Shown here in pieces: positions 16,990-26,835 of a stretch of 40,000 nt of DNA (the stretch's first letter is position 1; each line of letters opens with the position of its first letter). Under the pieces are notes generated by a model. That model was not told where the DNA came from, did no database searches, and saw only the letters and a program-made list of their open reading frames with translations. The translations under genes were made by a program, and so were the position numbers. The stretch is from Peptococcaceae bacterium (GTDB taxonomy: Bacteria > Bacillota > DSM-12270 > Thermacetogeniales > Thermacetogeniaceae): positions 1-40,000 of the forward strand of contig JAHFCR010000001.1 in the NCBI GenBank assembly GCA_023249405.1, read 5' to 3'.

Positions 16990-17540
16990 AAAATTGACAT
17001 CTCCCTTCAATATTTTACGGATTCTCTACATCTCTGAAACCGCTTGCACTCGCTTGCCACAACAGAACAAAACACGCTTTGCGCCTCTGAACTCCTGCAT
17101 ACCCCCCCTTACCAAACTTATCCAATGGCTACAACCCAATTACCTCATAAAAACTCCGGTTTTAGGGTAACCAAAAAACGCAAACTTAACAAAGGATTTG
17201 CCGAGTTTCAGCCAAAACAATTATTTAACTGCCAGGTTCATATCACCCTTAACTAATATAACATTCGCTGCCTTTTCTAATTTTCCTACTTATTAGATCG
17301 ATTATTTTTTCCTGGTTTGCACAAGCAGCAGTATAATAAATTGGAATATTTTGCTGTATACCCGTATAAAAACAACTATTCATCCTGTATCTAAGCAAGG
17401 AATAAGGACCTGTTTTCAAGATAGTAAACCGCCGCCCGAAGAATCACCGGTCGTGACCTGTAATTGATCTGTTATTCGCTGTAGATCATGCATTTCCTGC
17501 CATCTACTACTTGCAATTGTCAACTTTTTATTAAATCTGG

Positions 17541-17999
17541 TCACTCGTAGACCCACTTTTGGATATCCAGGGTGTAATCAAGCAATTCCTCCTGCTTGAA
17601 AAATAGGGCGATCTCCCTGTTGGAACTCTCCAGCGAGTCGGAGCTATGTACCACATTACGCCCAATGTCGATCCCATAGCGGCCGCGAATGGTGGCTGAA
17701 GCCGCTTTCTGTGGATCTGTCGCCCCCATCATCTCTCTAACCACAGCGATGCAGTTTTTCCCTTCGATGACCATGGCTACTACCGGACCCGAGGTGATAA
17801 AATCTACCAGCCCCTGAAAAAAGGGCTTGTCCCGGTGCTCGGCGTAGTGCCGTCCTGCCAGGTCCGGCGTGATCCGGATCAGCTTCAGGCCGACGATCTT
17901 CAGGCCACGACGCTCGAATACGCCGATAACCCGGCCTGTCAATTGGCGTTGCACCCCATCCGGCTTGACCAATACCAAAGTGCGTTCCATCTGCAGCAT
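17541..17999 (-). CDS. ndk: Nucleoside diphosphate kinase
   Basis: Contains [24 protein letters not shown] and the NVVHSSDS active-site His. RBS GAGGGGG upstream. Confidence 0.93.
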   Translation of the reverse strand: MLQMERTLVLVKPDGVQRQLTGRVIGVFERRGLKIVGLKLIRITPDLAGRHYAEHRDKPFFQGLVDFITSGPVVAMVIEGKNCIAVVREMMGATDPQKAASATIRGRYGIDIGRNVVHSSDSLESSNREIALFFKQEELLDYTLDIQKWVYE

Positions 18000-18050
18000 G
18001 GTGAATCCCCCTCATAGTAATACTCAACCCATACGGTCTTTAGACTACGT

Positions 18051-18086
18051 AAATAAAAAGGCATTAACCCATTCGGGTTAATGCCT
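18051..18086 (-). terminator. Rho-independent terminator of ftsH
   Basis: Stem aggcattaaccc / gggttaatgcct with loop attc. In minus sense it is followed by TTTTTATTT. Confidence 0.75.
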
Positions 18087-18095
18087 CACACCTAT

Positions 18096-19910
18096 CTATG
18101 CTTCCTGCATCAAGGCCTCAAACTCGTTGCGTTCGATAGTTTCCTTCTCCAGCAGGGTATTGGCAATCCGGTGCAGCTTGTTGATATTATCCTCAAGCAG
18201 TTTCTTGGCTTTCTGATAGCAGTTCTCGATGATCTGGTGCGCCTCTTTGTCGATGGAGTAGGCTGTCGCCTCGCTGTAGTTGCGATCCCTGGCCAGGTCC
18301 CGGCCCATAAACACCTGTTCTTCAGGCCGGCCAAAGGTAATCGGCCCCAATTCCTCAGACATTCCGTACTCGGTGATCATCTTGCGCACTAGATCGGTAG
18401 CCCGCTCCAGGTCATTCTGCGCTCCAGTGCTGATATCCCCCAATATCAAGGACTCGGACACCCGTCCACCTAAGGCGGTGGTAACCCGGTCGAGCAGGTA
18501 GGACTTGGTCTGGACGCGCCGGTCCTCGACAGGCAGGGACAGGGTGTAGCCGCCCATACGACCACGGGGGATGATGCTGATCTTATGCACCGGGTCGGCA
18601 TTGGGCAACAATCCTCCAACCACGGCATGTCCCGCCTCGTGATAAGCAATCAGCTTTTTCTCCTCATCGCTGATCACCCGGGACTTCTTTTCAGGTCCGG
18701 CAATCACCCGCTCGATCGAATCTTCCAGTTCCTTCATGCCAATCTTTTTCTTGTTGCGTCGCGCCGTCAGCAACGCCCCTTCGTTGATCATGTTGGCCAG
18801 GTCAGCTCCGGTGAATCCAGGGGTCCGCCGAGCCAACACGTCAAAATCAACTTCATCCTCCAGAGGCTTACCGCGGGCGTGTACTTTCAGGATCTCCTTC
18901 CGGCCAATCAGATCCGGAAGGTCAACTACGATCTGGCGGTCAAACCGTCCTGGCCGCAATAGGGCCGGGTCGAGGATGTCCGGACGGTTAGTAGCAGCGA
19001 TGATGATGATCCCTTCGTTAGCGCTGAAACCGTCCATCTCCACCAGCAACTGGTTAAGGGTCTGCTCCCGCTCATCGTGGCCACCTCCAAGGCCGGCGCC
19101 CCGGTGCCGCCCGACAGCGTCGATCTCATCCACGAAAACGATGCAGGGCGAGCTCTTCTTAGCCTGTTCAAACAGGTCCCGTACCCGGGCAGCGCCCACA
19201 CCCACAAACATCTCCACAAAGTCGGAACCGCTGATGCTGAAGAAGGGCACTCCGGCCTCGCCGGCGATAGCCCTGGCCAGCAGGGTCTTACCTGTTCCCG
19301 GAGGGCCAAAGAGCAATACACCCTTGGGAATCCGGGCACCCATATCGTTGTAACGTTTCGGGTCTTTCAAGAATTCAACGATCTCTTCCAGTTCCTCTTT
19401 GGCCTCGTCCACCCCGGCCACATCCGCGAAGGTGATCTTCTTTTTCTCCGGGTCCAGGAGGCGCGCCCGGCTGCGACCGAACTGCATCACCCGGTTGCCA
19501 CTGCCCTGCGTCTGCTGCAGCATGAAGAAGACAAACCCGACGATCAGCAGAATGGGCAATAGAGTGGAGAGCAACCCCGCCCACCAGGGAGTGTTCTGGT
19601 TGGTGGCATAGCTGACGTTTGTCTTGCCGCTTTTGCCGTTATCATAGATCAGCTTATTTAAATCAGGGTTGTCAGACGGAATAGTAGCGGTAAATTTTTG
19701 ATCGCCGGTAGTGGTGCCATCGACATGATAACCACTGTCTTCCGACTTCAGGGAGATCGTCTTGATCGTGCCATCCGTCAGGCCGGTGATGAACTGGTTA
19801 TATGTCAACGTCTTGGTATCCGAAGGTGAACTGGCAAACAGTTTGATGGCCAGCACGGCAAAAACAACAATCACCAGGTAGATCATTAAATTCTTAAGGA
19901 GGCGACCCAC
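18096..19910 (-). CDS. ftsH: ATP-dependent zinc metalloprotease FtsH
   Basis: N-terminal TM segment, Walker [12 protein letters not shown], Walker [13 protein letters not shown] region, and zinc motif HEAGHAV. GTG start follows AGGAGG. Confidence 0.96.
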   Translation of the reverse strand: MGRLLKNLMIYLVIVVFAVLAIKLFASSPSDTKTLTYNQFITGLTDGTIKTISLKSEDSGYHVDGTTTGDQKFTATIPSDNPDLNKLIYDNGKSGKTNVSYATNQNTPWWAGLLSTLLPILLIVGFVFFMLQQTQGSGNRVMQFGRSRARLLDPEKKKITFADVAGVDEAKEELEEIVEFLKDPKRYNDMGARIPKGVLLFGPPGTGKTLLARAIAGEAGVPFFSISGSDFVEMFVGVGAARVRDLFEQAKKSSPCIVFVDEIDAVGRHRGAGLGGGHDEREQTLNQLLVEMDGFSANEGIIIIAATNRPDILDPALLRPGRFDRQIVVDLPDLIGRKEILKVHARGKPLEDEVDFDVLARRTPGFTGADLANMINEGALLTARRNKKKIGMKELEDSIERVIAGPEKKSRVISDEEKKLIAYHEAGHAVVGGLLPNADPVHKISIIPRGRMGGYTLSLPVEDRRVQTKSYLLDRVTTALGGRVSESLILGDISTGAQNDLERATDLVRKMITEYGMSEELGPITFGRPEEQVFMGRDLARDRNYSEATAYSIDKEAHQIIENCYQKAKKLLEDNINKLHRIANTLLEKETIERNEFEALMQEA

Positions 19911-19949
19911 GCTAACCCTCCTAACCTGAGTTCCATACGCATCCGTATT

Positions 19950-19979
19950 ATTTTAACATGATTCTGCAAAGGGATTCAA
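19950..19979 (-). promoter_or_regulatory. Candidate sigma-A promoter for ftsH
   Basis: In minus sense: TTGAAT, an 18-nt spacer, then TAAAAT, about 40 nt upstream of the ftsH start. Confidence 0.4.
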
Positions 19980-20003
19980 TTTTTTTCATAAGGCAGCAAA
20001 CGC

Positions 20004-21578
20004 TTACAGCTTCTCGGCGTCCAGGACCAGCACCCGGCGGGTCTGACCGGTCACAGGGGCGGCCTGAGATCTCCTCAAGCCAACTACCCAGATGATCTGA
20101 TTCTGGTCGATTACCAGAGGAACCGAGTCACGGACGCTGCTAGGAAGCCGGAACTCGCCAAAAAGCTTTTTGAGCTTCTTAGTGCCCTGCATCCCAAAAG
20201 GCCGGAGAGAGTCACCAAGCTGACGGCGCCTGACAGCCAGGGGCAGTTCCAAACAGTCGTAATCGAACCAGGCTGTGTTGACGGCATCGGCATCCCAGAG
20301 CTGCGCAGCGCCGCCCTGTTCCGGCGCCAGGCACCGGGTAACGCCAGCAGTACCGGGAGTGATATTGACCAGCCGGGCCTTGATAAACATCCCCAGTTCA
20401 GGCAGGCCGGTCTCGCCGGGCACCTGCAACAGAATAGGAACATTTCGCCCGGTATTAGCCACTGACCAGCCGCTTCCTTTATCATCTCCAGTTGTTTGCG
20501 AGACAGCCACGGTCAAGCACCCAAAATGTTTTTTGACCCATAAGCCATGAGGTAATTGAACGGTGCCTGTCGAGTCTCTCCGGTTCAGGAAATCCAGGCA
20601 GTCTTCGATGTTCTGAAATCCAAGATGGCGCAAACTGCCACCTGCTTTCCGGATCACTGCCCGCAACAGACGCCTTTGGATGGCCAGAGGCAGCTGCACA
20701 AAGCAATTTAAAGGCAGCCGCATCGCTTGGGAAGCCAATCTCGATCCGGATATTTCTGCCGGTTCATATCCCGGTGCCACTGTAGCAGCTTCGGGGACTG
20801 GGCTCAATTTGACTGTATGCATGGCTTTAGCCAGAACTTCGCCCTCCTCCAGCAACTGTTGCAGCAACGATCGGGTGTGGTCTTCAAAAAAGTGGTTCTC
20901 CTCTCCCACAATTTCCGCCAGGCGCAGGATCGCCTGGTCGATATGAGGGTTGAAATCCCTGCGCAATGCCGGTAGCAAACTGTGCCGGATCCGGTTGCGT
21001 ATAAATTCCGGGTCCAGATTGGAGGCGTCACTCCGCCAGTCCAGGCCGGCAGCCCGGCAATAGGCGGCAACCTCCTCTCTGGAGGCGCAGAGCAACGGCC
21101 GCACGATACGGCCGCGCCGCGGCGGAATACCGGCCAAACCATCAGGCCCGGTACCACGCATGATGTTGAACAACACCGTCTCCACCTGGTCATTCGCCTG
21201 ATGGCCGACGGCAATCCGTTGGGCGCCGATCCGGTCCGCCACCCGCTCAAATAGCCGGTACCGGGCCAACCGCCCCGCTTCCTCGATCCCGATCCGGTAC
21301 CGCTCGGCGATATGTCGCACGCGGGTATAGCCGATAGTTACCGGCAGGCCCCACTGGTGGGCGAGTTGTTGCACAAAGGCGGCATCGGCTACCGCGTCAG
21401 GGCGCAGCATGTGATTGAGATGCACGACATGTAAGCGCAGATCGTACTCCCGGGCAAGCCCGCGTAAAATCAACAGCAGCCCTATGGAGTCAGAACCGCC
21501 AGAAACCCCGACTACAACTACCGTTCCGTAGCTGAATAACCCGTGCCTGCCGCTAAACTCTCTTACCTTAGACAGCAG
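20004..21578 (-). CDS. tilS: tRNA(Ile)-lysidine synthase; start uncertain
   Basis: The ORF-track start (TTG, 21473) omits the PP-loop. The open frame continues upstream and encodes LLSKVREFSGRHGLFSYGTVVVVGVSGGSDSIGLL. The only start-like codons at the expected position are CTG CTG (21573-21578). Downstream motifs HLNHMLR and VGHQANDQVET are typical of TilS. Confidence 0.8.
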   Translation of the reverse strand: MLSKVREFSGRHGLFSYGTVVVVGVSGGSDSIGLLLILRGLAREYDLRLHVVHLNHMLRPDAVADAAFVQQLAHQWGLPVTIGYTRVRHIAERYRIGIEEAGRLARYRLFERVADRIGAQRIAVGHQANDQVETVLFNIMRGTGPDGLAGIPPRRGRIVRPLLCASREEVAAYCRAAGLDWRSDASNLDPEFIRNRIRHSLLPALRRDFNPHIDQAILRLAEIVGEENHFFEDHTRSLLQQLLEEGEVLAKAMHTVKLSPVPEAATVAPGYEPAEISGSRLASQAMRLPLNCFVQLPLAIQRRLLRAVIRKAGGSLRHLGFQNIEDCLDFLNRRDSTGTVQLPHGLWVKKHFGCLTVAVSQTTGDDKGSGWSVANTGRNVPILLQVPGETGLPELGMFIKARLVNITPGTAGVTRCLAPEQGGAAQLWDADAVNTAWFDYDCLELPLAVRRRQLGDSLRPFGMQGTKKLKKLFGEFRLPSSVRDSVPLVIDQNQIIWVVGLRRSQAAPVTGQTRRVLVLDAEKL

Positions 21579-21608
21579 GTCTGCTTGCGCCTGACCGCGC
21601 GTGCATAC

Positions 21609-23273
21609 TCACCCCAGTTCCGGCGCGGTGCCGAAGCGTGCCACCAGCACCGTCATATCATCCCTGTTCTTCAGCCCGACAGCCCTCAGAGCATGTTTCA
21701 GAACCAGGTCCGCCACCGCCTGGGCATCCTCCAGTGGCAGCTCTTGTAGGAATTCATACAGCCAATTGTCGGGCAGGGCTGCTTCCCGGTCAACCTCGGT
21801 GACCCCGTCGGTGGCCATGATCAGCATATCCCCGGGCAGTACCTGGCGACGGTGCACCTCCGCCTCCACATTGTCAAGAATACCCGCCGGCCAGCAGTTG
21901 GACCGGATCATCTCGACACTGTGGTCCCTTTTCAAAAAGCTGGGCGATGCCCCTACTTTTAAAAAATCCACGTATCGACCATCCAGATCGACCGCCGCCA
22001 GGTCGATGGTGGCAGCGCTTTCCTCGCCACCCCGCAGGTACAGGGCGGTGTTGACAATCCCTGCCGCTTTCTCCGGGGTAATCCCGTTGCTTATTAATTG
22101 TTCAAGCAATCTTACTACAATCCTGCTTTCGCGCATGGCATTGATCCCGGCCCCCATCCCATCACTGACAGTCAGCAACAGGCGCCCCGGAGAATGGTGC
22201 GCTACGGCAAAGCTATCTCCACAAAACGGCTCCGTGGATTTGGAGCGCTGCGAAAAGCCGACCTCTGCCTCCAGAGGTAGACCCGACAGGGTTTCCGGTC
22301 TCTCCTGCCCGAGTATCCGATTGATGAAAGGTGATATCAGAAAGAAGATTCCTATGGTCAACAGGCTGGCCAGCAGGTGCCCGGACAGTTCACCGGGGTC
22401 GTTGTAGAATATGGAAAACAGCAAGCTAGCCAGGAAAAATCCCACCATCACACCAGCACGGCCAAAACCTTTGAGGGCCCCGGCAAAGAAACCGGTGCCG
22501 GCGTAAAAACCGGTCCTGGGCAACATCATTTGCCAGTTGCCCCCCAGCAGTCCCAGGATCACGCCGACTCCCGCCCCCCAGCCTGCTCCCCAACCATAGG
22601 CGACAACGATCAGGACAGTTCGGGCCAGGAGATCCCGCAGGGTGGCCGGACCGATGTGCAGATCCCCCAGGCCGCACATCACCAGCACTAGAGCCAGCAG
22701 TCCACATAGTTCCTGCTGCCGTTCCCTGGCCCCAGCCACATCGGTAAAAGCGTAGATGGCAACCGGAGTGAAGAGGCTGGCCAGTGCAGACTCGCTGACC
22801 AAATACAGGAGAGCCCCTGGATTCCGATTCGACAACAATAGGAAGATGCTTTTGAACAGAATGTTGATACCGCCGGCGGTTAAAGCACCCAATAGGAATG
22901 GCTGGCCAGGCTCTGCGGCATGCCCGCTTGAGCGGGCGCCAGTGAGTGCCCGGCGAGTGCGTTCACGAAAGGACTTGGTCAGCAAGAAGGCAGCAGTCAC
23001 AGCCAGAGCGTCCCCCACCGGCAGATAAAACTGACCAACCCCGGGGTGAGCAAAGACTCCCGCCACCACTCCGGCGACCACTGCCCAGCCGGGAGGCGCC
23101 GCCAGAAAAGCAGCGGTCACCGCCAGGGGCAATGCAAAAGGCGTGAGACCGCCGATCTGTGAGCGGCCGGCGGCGATACCCAACACTGTATAAAGCAGGC
23201 ACAGGGCAACACCCTTGACTTGGGGCCACCTACCGGAGATGCCGTGGCGCAGCCAGGCGTATTCAGCACCCAT
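21609..23273 (-). CDS. spoIIE: Stage II sporulation protein E-like membrane PP2C phosphatase (short form)
   Basis: About 10 predicted TM helices followed by a PP2C/SpoIIE domain (CGDSFAV...TVSDGMGAG...ATDGVTEV). Conserved position upstream of tilS-ftsH. ATG at 23273 follows a purine-rich RBS; an alternative TTG lies at 23333. Confidence 0.8.
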   Translation of the reverse strand: MGAEYAWLRHGISGRWPQVKGVALCLLYTVLGIAAGRSQIGGLTPFALPLAVTAAFLAAPPGWAVVAGVVAGVFAHPGVGQFYLPVGDALAVTAAFLLTKSFRERTRRALTGARSSGHAAEPGQPFLLGALTAGGINILFKSIFLLLSNRNPGALLYLVSESALASLFTPVAIYAFTDVAGARERQQELCGLLALVLVMCGLGDLHIGPATLRDLLARTVLIVVAYGWGAGWGAGVGVILGLLGGNWQMMLPRTGFYAGTGFFAGALKGFGRAGVMVGFFLASLLFSIFYNDPGELSGHLLASLLTIGIFFLISPFINRILGQERPETLSGLPLEAEVGFSQRSKSTEPFCGDSFAVAHHSPGRLLLTVSDGMGAGINAMRESRIVVRLLEQLISNGITPEKAAGIVNTALYLRGGEESAATIDLAAVDLDGRYVDFLKVGASPSFLKRDHSVEMIRSNCWPAGILDNVEAEVHRRQVLPGDMLIMATDGVTEVDREAALPDNWLYEFLQELPLEDAQAVADLVLKHALRAVGLKNRDDMTVLVARFGTAPELG

Positions 23274-23404
23274 CCTTGCGACCCCGCCCTTCCCGAAATT
23301 TTCCAGATCATTGCCTAATTCATTATAAGGCAAACTATCCGGGAATTATGGGGCAACCTGCGGTTGGGGTGGCCGACTCTCCGACATATTGGCCCTAGAT
23401 AAGT

Positions 23405-23427
23405 CAAAACCCGCCATCCAGGCGGGG
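23405..23427 (-). terminator. Candidate terminator after the tRNA-Glu cluster
   Basis: In minus sense: cccgcc-tggat-ggcggg followed by TTTTG. Confidence 0.45.
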
Positions 23428-23433
23428 TATATA

Positions 23434-23509
23434 TGGTGACCCGTAAGGGATTCGAACCCTTGTTACCGGCGTGAAAGGCCGATGTCTTAGACCGCTTGAC
23501 CAACGGGCC
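23434..23509 (-). tRNA. tRNA-Glu (anticodon TTC)
   Basis: The reverse complement is GGCCCGTTGGTCAAGCGGTCTAAGACA. Anticodon stem-loop TCGGC-CTTTCAC-GCCGG, T loop TTCGAAT, CCA end. Confidence 0.9.
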
Positions 23510-23520
23510 ATTATTTCCAT

Positions 23521-23597
23521 TGGTAGCGGCGGCTGGACTCGAACCAGCGACACTGCGGGTATGAACCGCATGCTCTGACCAACTGAGCTACGCCGCC
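23521..23597 (-). tRNA. tRNA-Met, elongator type (anticodon CAT)
   Basis: The reverse complement is GGCGGCGTAGCTCAGTTGGTCAGAGCA. Anticodon stem-loop TGCGG-TTCATAC-CCGCA, fully paired acceptor stem, CCA end. Assignment as elongator rather than Ile2 rests on similarity to Firmicute tRNA-Met. Confidence 0.8.
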
Positions 23598-23730
23598 TCT
23601 TTTGGTAGTTGGGGTAAGTGTCCGGTAGTTGGATGAACAAACTTTGACCAAATATTATCAGCTAGAATTGACATGACCAATACCAGGTTTTTTCCAAACA
23701 ACCAACGACTGCACACTAACAACTAAAAAT

Positions 23731-23806
23731 TGGTAGCGGGGGCTGGATTCGAACCAACGACCTTCGGGTTATGAGCCCGACGAGCTGACCACTGCTCCAC
23801 CCCGCA
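23731..23806 (-). tRNA. Initiator tRNA-fMet (anticodon CAT)
   Basis: The reverse complement is TGCGGGGTGGAGCAGTGGTCAGCTCGTCGGGCTCATAACCCGAAGGTC... It has three consecutive G-C pairs closing the anticodon stem and an unpaired 1:72 position, both initiator hallmarks. Confidence 0.88.
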
Positions 23807-23961
23807 TCGCCAGAATTCATTATGCCCGAAAACCGGGCCGCTGTCAAGGGTTCCTACGGAGCCCATAATGCGCTTCTGCGCGCCTGGCAACCACGATAAT
23901 CTAAAACAAAACTGGCGCCAGATCGTATTATTTTACCGGTGGCAATCTTGTCACCTGGCTG

Positions 23962-24837
23962 CTAGAGCGCAAACAGTTTCTGGAGTTGAGGAGTCAGGGG
24001 ATAAAAGACAAGCCCCAGTGTCCCGGGTCCCGAGTGCGCCCCAACAACCGGGCCTACCTGCAGCAACTCGGGTGATAGTCCGGGGAAAATCGCCCGGATG
24101 CGCTCGACCAGCGCCAGGCCCTGCGCCTCCGCAGACACGTGGCCGGCATAGACCCTGATATTAGGCCCCTGTTTTTTCATCTCTTCAAGAATGCGTTGCA
24201 ACCCCTTCTCTTGAGTGCGCACCTTCTCCAATACTTCCACCATGTTATTCCTGGCCTTGTTGAAATAGAGGATCGGCTTGATCTGCAGCAGGTTGCCCAG
24301 CATTGCCGCAACCGCGCTGACCCGGCCGCCCCGGTGCAAGTACTCCAAGGTCTCCGGCATGACGAAAAAAGACATGCTGTCGATAATATGTTGGATTATT
24401 TGCAGCACATCCTTGCCCATGCCGGAGGTGATCGCCCGTACCGCCGCCTCGATAATCATATATAAACCGATGGCCGTAGTCTTGGAGTCGATGACCTGGA
24501 TATCCAGTCCCGGCAGCATCTGGGCGGCAACGCGCGCAGCTTTGACGGTGCTGCTGAGGCTTTCTGCAATATGAATGGAGATGATCTTGTCGACGCGCCT
24601 GGCTATCTTCTCGTAAGTCTCAATAAAATCTCCTACCGAGGGCATGGAAGTAGTGGGCAGGAATGATGAGCGCTGTATCTTTTCGTAAAACTGAACGAAG
24701 TCATTGTTAAGCTCCGCTTCGGGAAAACTCCCGTCCTCGAAATTGATCGTCAGGGATACGACTTCGATTTCATATTGCTTTTTGAAATTAGATGGTAGAT
24801 AGGCGGTACTGTCGGTTACAATTCCAATGCTGGACAT
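23962..24837 (-). CDS. DegV family fatty-acid-binding protein
   Basis: Contains IGIVTDSTAYLP, HIAESLSSTV and GPVVGAHSGPG motifs. Confidence 0.9.
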   Translation of the reverse strand: MSSIGIVTDSTAYLPSNFKKQYEIEVVSLTINFEDGSFPEAELNNDFVQFYEKIQRSSFLPTTSMPSVGDFIETYEKIARRVDKIISIHIAESLSSTVKAARVAAQMLPGLDIQVIDSKTTAIGLYMIIEAAVRAITSGMGKDVLQIIQHIIDSMSFFVMPETLEYLHRGGRVSAVAAMLGNLLQIKPILYFNKARNNMVEVLEKVRTQEKGLQRILEEMKKQGPNIRVYAGHVSAEAQGLALVERIRAIFPGLSPELLQVGPVVGAHSGPGTLGLVFYPLTPQLQKLFAL

Positions 24838-24950
24838 ATTTCATCCTTTCGGGCAATTATTTATTGTTTTATGAACCGAATAGCTTAACAACCTTGCGTG
24901 GTTAATTCGACAAAATAAGAGGTTTACCTTTGTCATGATTATGGATCTCG

Positions 24951-25874
24951 CTAAATGGCTGCGGCAGGAGCAAACCCATTCCGGTCGCCGGACATACTCC
25001 TGGCAAACAATCTTGCCAGCTGTGAATTCAAGGGGTAGAAACCCAGGCCGACCGTACCCGGCCCAATATGTGTGCCAATCACCGGCCCCACTGGGCAGAG
25101 TTCCGGCACTGCAGCCGGATAGATCGCCCCCACCCGGTCTACCAGCAGTCGCCCCTGTGTCTCGTCTCCCACGTAAGCAGCATAGATCCTGATATCAGGC
25201 CCCATGCTTTTCATCTCATCCAGGATCCGCCGCAATCCCTTTTCCTTGGTGCGCACCTTTTCATACAGGTCAATAATGTTATTCTTGTTCTTATTGAAAT
25301 AGAGGATCGGCTTGATCTGCAGCAGGTTGCCCAGCAGTGCGGCAGCGCCACCGATCCGGCCGCCACGGCGCAGGTATTCCAAGGTATCTGGTACGTAGAG
25401 CACAGACTTATGCTTCACGATGTAGTCGATGATCTGCAGCACATCCTGTTTGTCGATCCCGGCCGCGATCGCCCGGGCAGCAGCATCCACCACCATATAG
25501 CAGCCAATAGAGGTTGACCAGCTGTCGATTACGGTTATATCTTGCTGCGGCAACATTTGGGATGCTGTCAGAGCGGTCTTGACAGTACCGCTGATCCCTT
25601 CGGTGATATGAATGGAAAAGATGCCGTCAGATCGTTTCCCCACTCGTTCATACGCCTTCAAGAAGTCGCCGATCGACGGTTGGGAGGTGGTTGGTAGATC
25701 TGGCACTCGGTGCAGATGATCATAAAACCGGTCATAATCTCCGCAGATCTCTTCTTCCGGGAAGCTGACCCCATCAAAATTTACGATCAGGGAGACTACC
25801 TCGATCTGGTACTGATCCTTGAAATGACGCGGTAGATAGGCGGTGCTGTCTGTTACGATCCCGATCCTGGCCAT
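24951..25874 (-). CDS. DegV family fatty-acid-binding protein (tandem paralogue)
   Basis: Contains IGIVTDSTAYLP, HITEGISGTV and GPVIGTHIGPG motifs. ATG at 25874 follows GAAGGGA. Confidence 0.9.
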   Translation of the reverse strand: MARIGIVTDSTAYLPRHFKDQYQIEVVSLIVNFDGVSFPEEEICGDYDRFYDHLHRVPDLPTTSQPSIGDFLKAYERVGKRSDGIFSIHITEGISGTVKTALTASQMLPQQDITVIDSWSTSIGCYMVVDAAARAIAAGIDKQDVLQIIDYIVKHKSVLYVPDTLEYLRRGGRIGGAAALLGNLLQIKPILYFNKNKNNIIDLYEKVRTKEKGLRRILDEMKSMGPDIRIYAAYVGDETQGRLLVDRVGAIYPAAVPELCPVGPVIGTHIGPGTVGLGFYPLNSQLARLFARSMSGDRNGFAPAAAI

Positions 25875-26077
25875 ATATCGTCCCTTCAATAGGCGTTATG
25901 TGCAACCCCCGTGATATTTATTCTAGTTTTCGATGCCAAAACCAAATTTACCTTGTAGCTGGGCTTCATTTAATGTTAAATTTATCCGCTGCTTGACAAT
26001 CAAGTCCACCTGTTTGAGACCTGGCCGGTTCACCACCGCCCTCAATACCGCATTCCAAGCACCGGGGCTATGAATGA

Positions 26078-26105
26078 TTGACAGAATGCAGGAAACTGCT
26101 AACAT
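26078..26105 (+). promoter_or_regulatory. Candidate sigma-A promoter for the histidine phosphatase gene
   Basis: TTGACA (26078-26083), a 16-nt spacer, then TAACAT (26100-26105). Confidence 0.4.
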
Positions 26106-26142
26106 CTGGTTAGGGCTATCTTGATCTGAGGGAGGAGTGCCC

Positions 26143-26793
26143 GTGCGCCTGTTTCTGGTGAGACACGGAGAAACATGCTGGAACAAGGATGAGATTTTCA
26201 GGGGCCGGATCGACGTGAAACTGAATGAACACGGGCTGGAGCAGGCCCGCCTCACCGCCGCGGCCCTGCGGGATCTGGCTTTCTCCGCAATCTATGCCAG
26301 CCCCCTCCGGCGCGCCGCTGAGACCGCACGGCTGATCGCCGAACCGCATGGACTCCCTGTAATCATCGAACCCGGACTGACGGACCTGGACTACGGCTCC
26401 TGGCAGGGTCTAAGCCACGAACAGGTGCAGGAACAGCAACCGGAGGTCTACCGACAATGGGTGGACAACCCGCAACTGGTGCACTTTCAGGGGGGAGAAG
26501 GCCTGGCTGATGTCAGGAGCCGGGTACTGGAGGTCTACCGGCTGCTCGCCGAGCGCCATCACGACCAGAACGTGGTGACAGTAAGCCATCGGGTGGCAAA
26601 CAAGGTGCTGCTGTGCGCCCTGCTCGGCCTGGACAATTCCCACTTTTGGCGCCTGCGGCAGGATACCTGCGCCATCAACGTGATCGATGAGGATAGCCGG
26701 TATGGCTGTGTCATACGCCACCTCAACGACACCAGCCACATTCAACCGCTGTCGGCAGCGTTTGCAGCAAACTATAAAACGGCGGACTTTTAA
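26143..26793 (+). CDS. Histidine phosphatase superfamily protein (phosphoglycerate mutase / alpha-ribazole phosphatase-like)
   Basis: Contains the LVRHGET catalytic RHG motif, ASPLRRAAETA and VTVSH. GTG start follows GAGGGAGGA. A stem-loop (aacggcgga/tccgccgtt) overlaps the stop codon. Confidence 0.85.
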   Translation: MRLFLVRHGETCWNKDEIFRGRIDVKLNEHGLEQARLTAAALRDLAFSAIYASPLRRAAETARLIAEPHGLPVIIEPGLTDLDYGSWQGLSHEQVQEQQPEVYRQWVDNPQLVHFQGGEGLADVRSRVLEVYRLLAERHHDQNVVTVSHRVANKVLLCALLGLDNSHFWRLRQDTCAINVIDEDSRYGCVIRHLNDTSHIQPLSAAFAANYKTADF

Positions 26794-26835
26794 CATCCGC
26801 CGTTTTCTATCAATTTACTACGTCCTCAATACATA

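Noticed and set aside
16990-17540. ZTP or THF riboswitch upstream of fhs
   Set aside because: No CCGCCTGGGC pseudoknot element on the minus strand, and the GGTCGTGAC match is on the + strand, facing away from fhs.
25923-26255. 110-aa minus-strand ORF in the degV / phosphatase divergent region
   Set aside because: It overlaps the 5' end of the well-supported histidine phosphatase gene and its candidate promoter. It has no RBS and a low-complexity translation.
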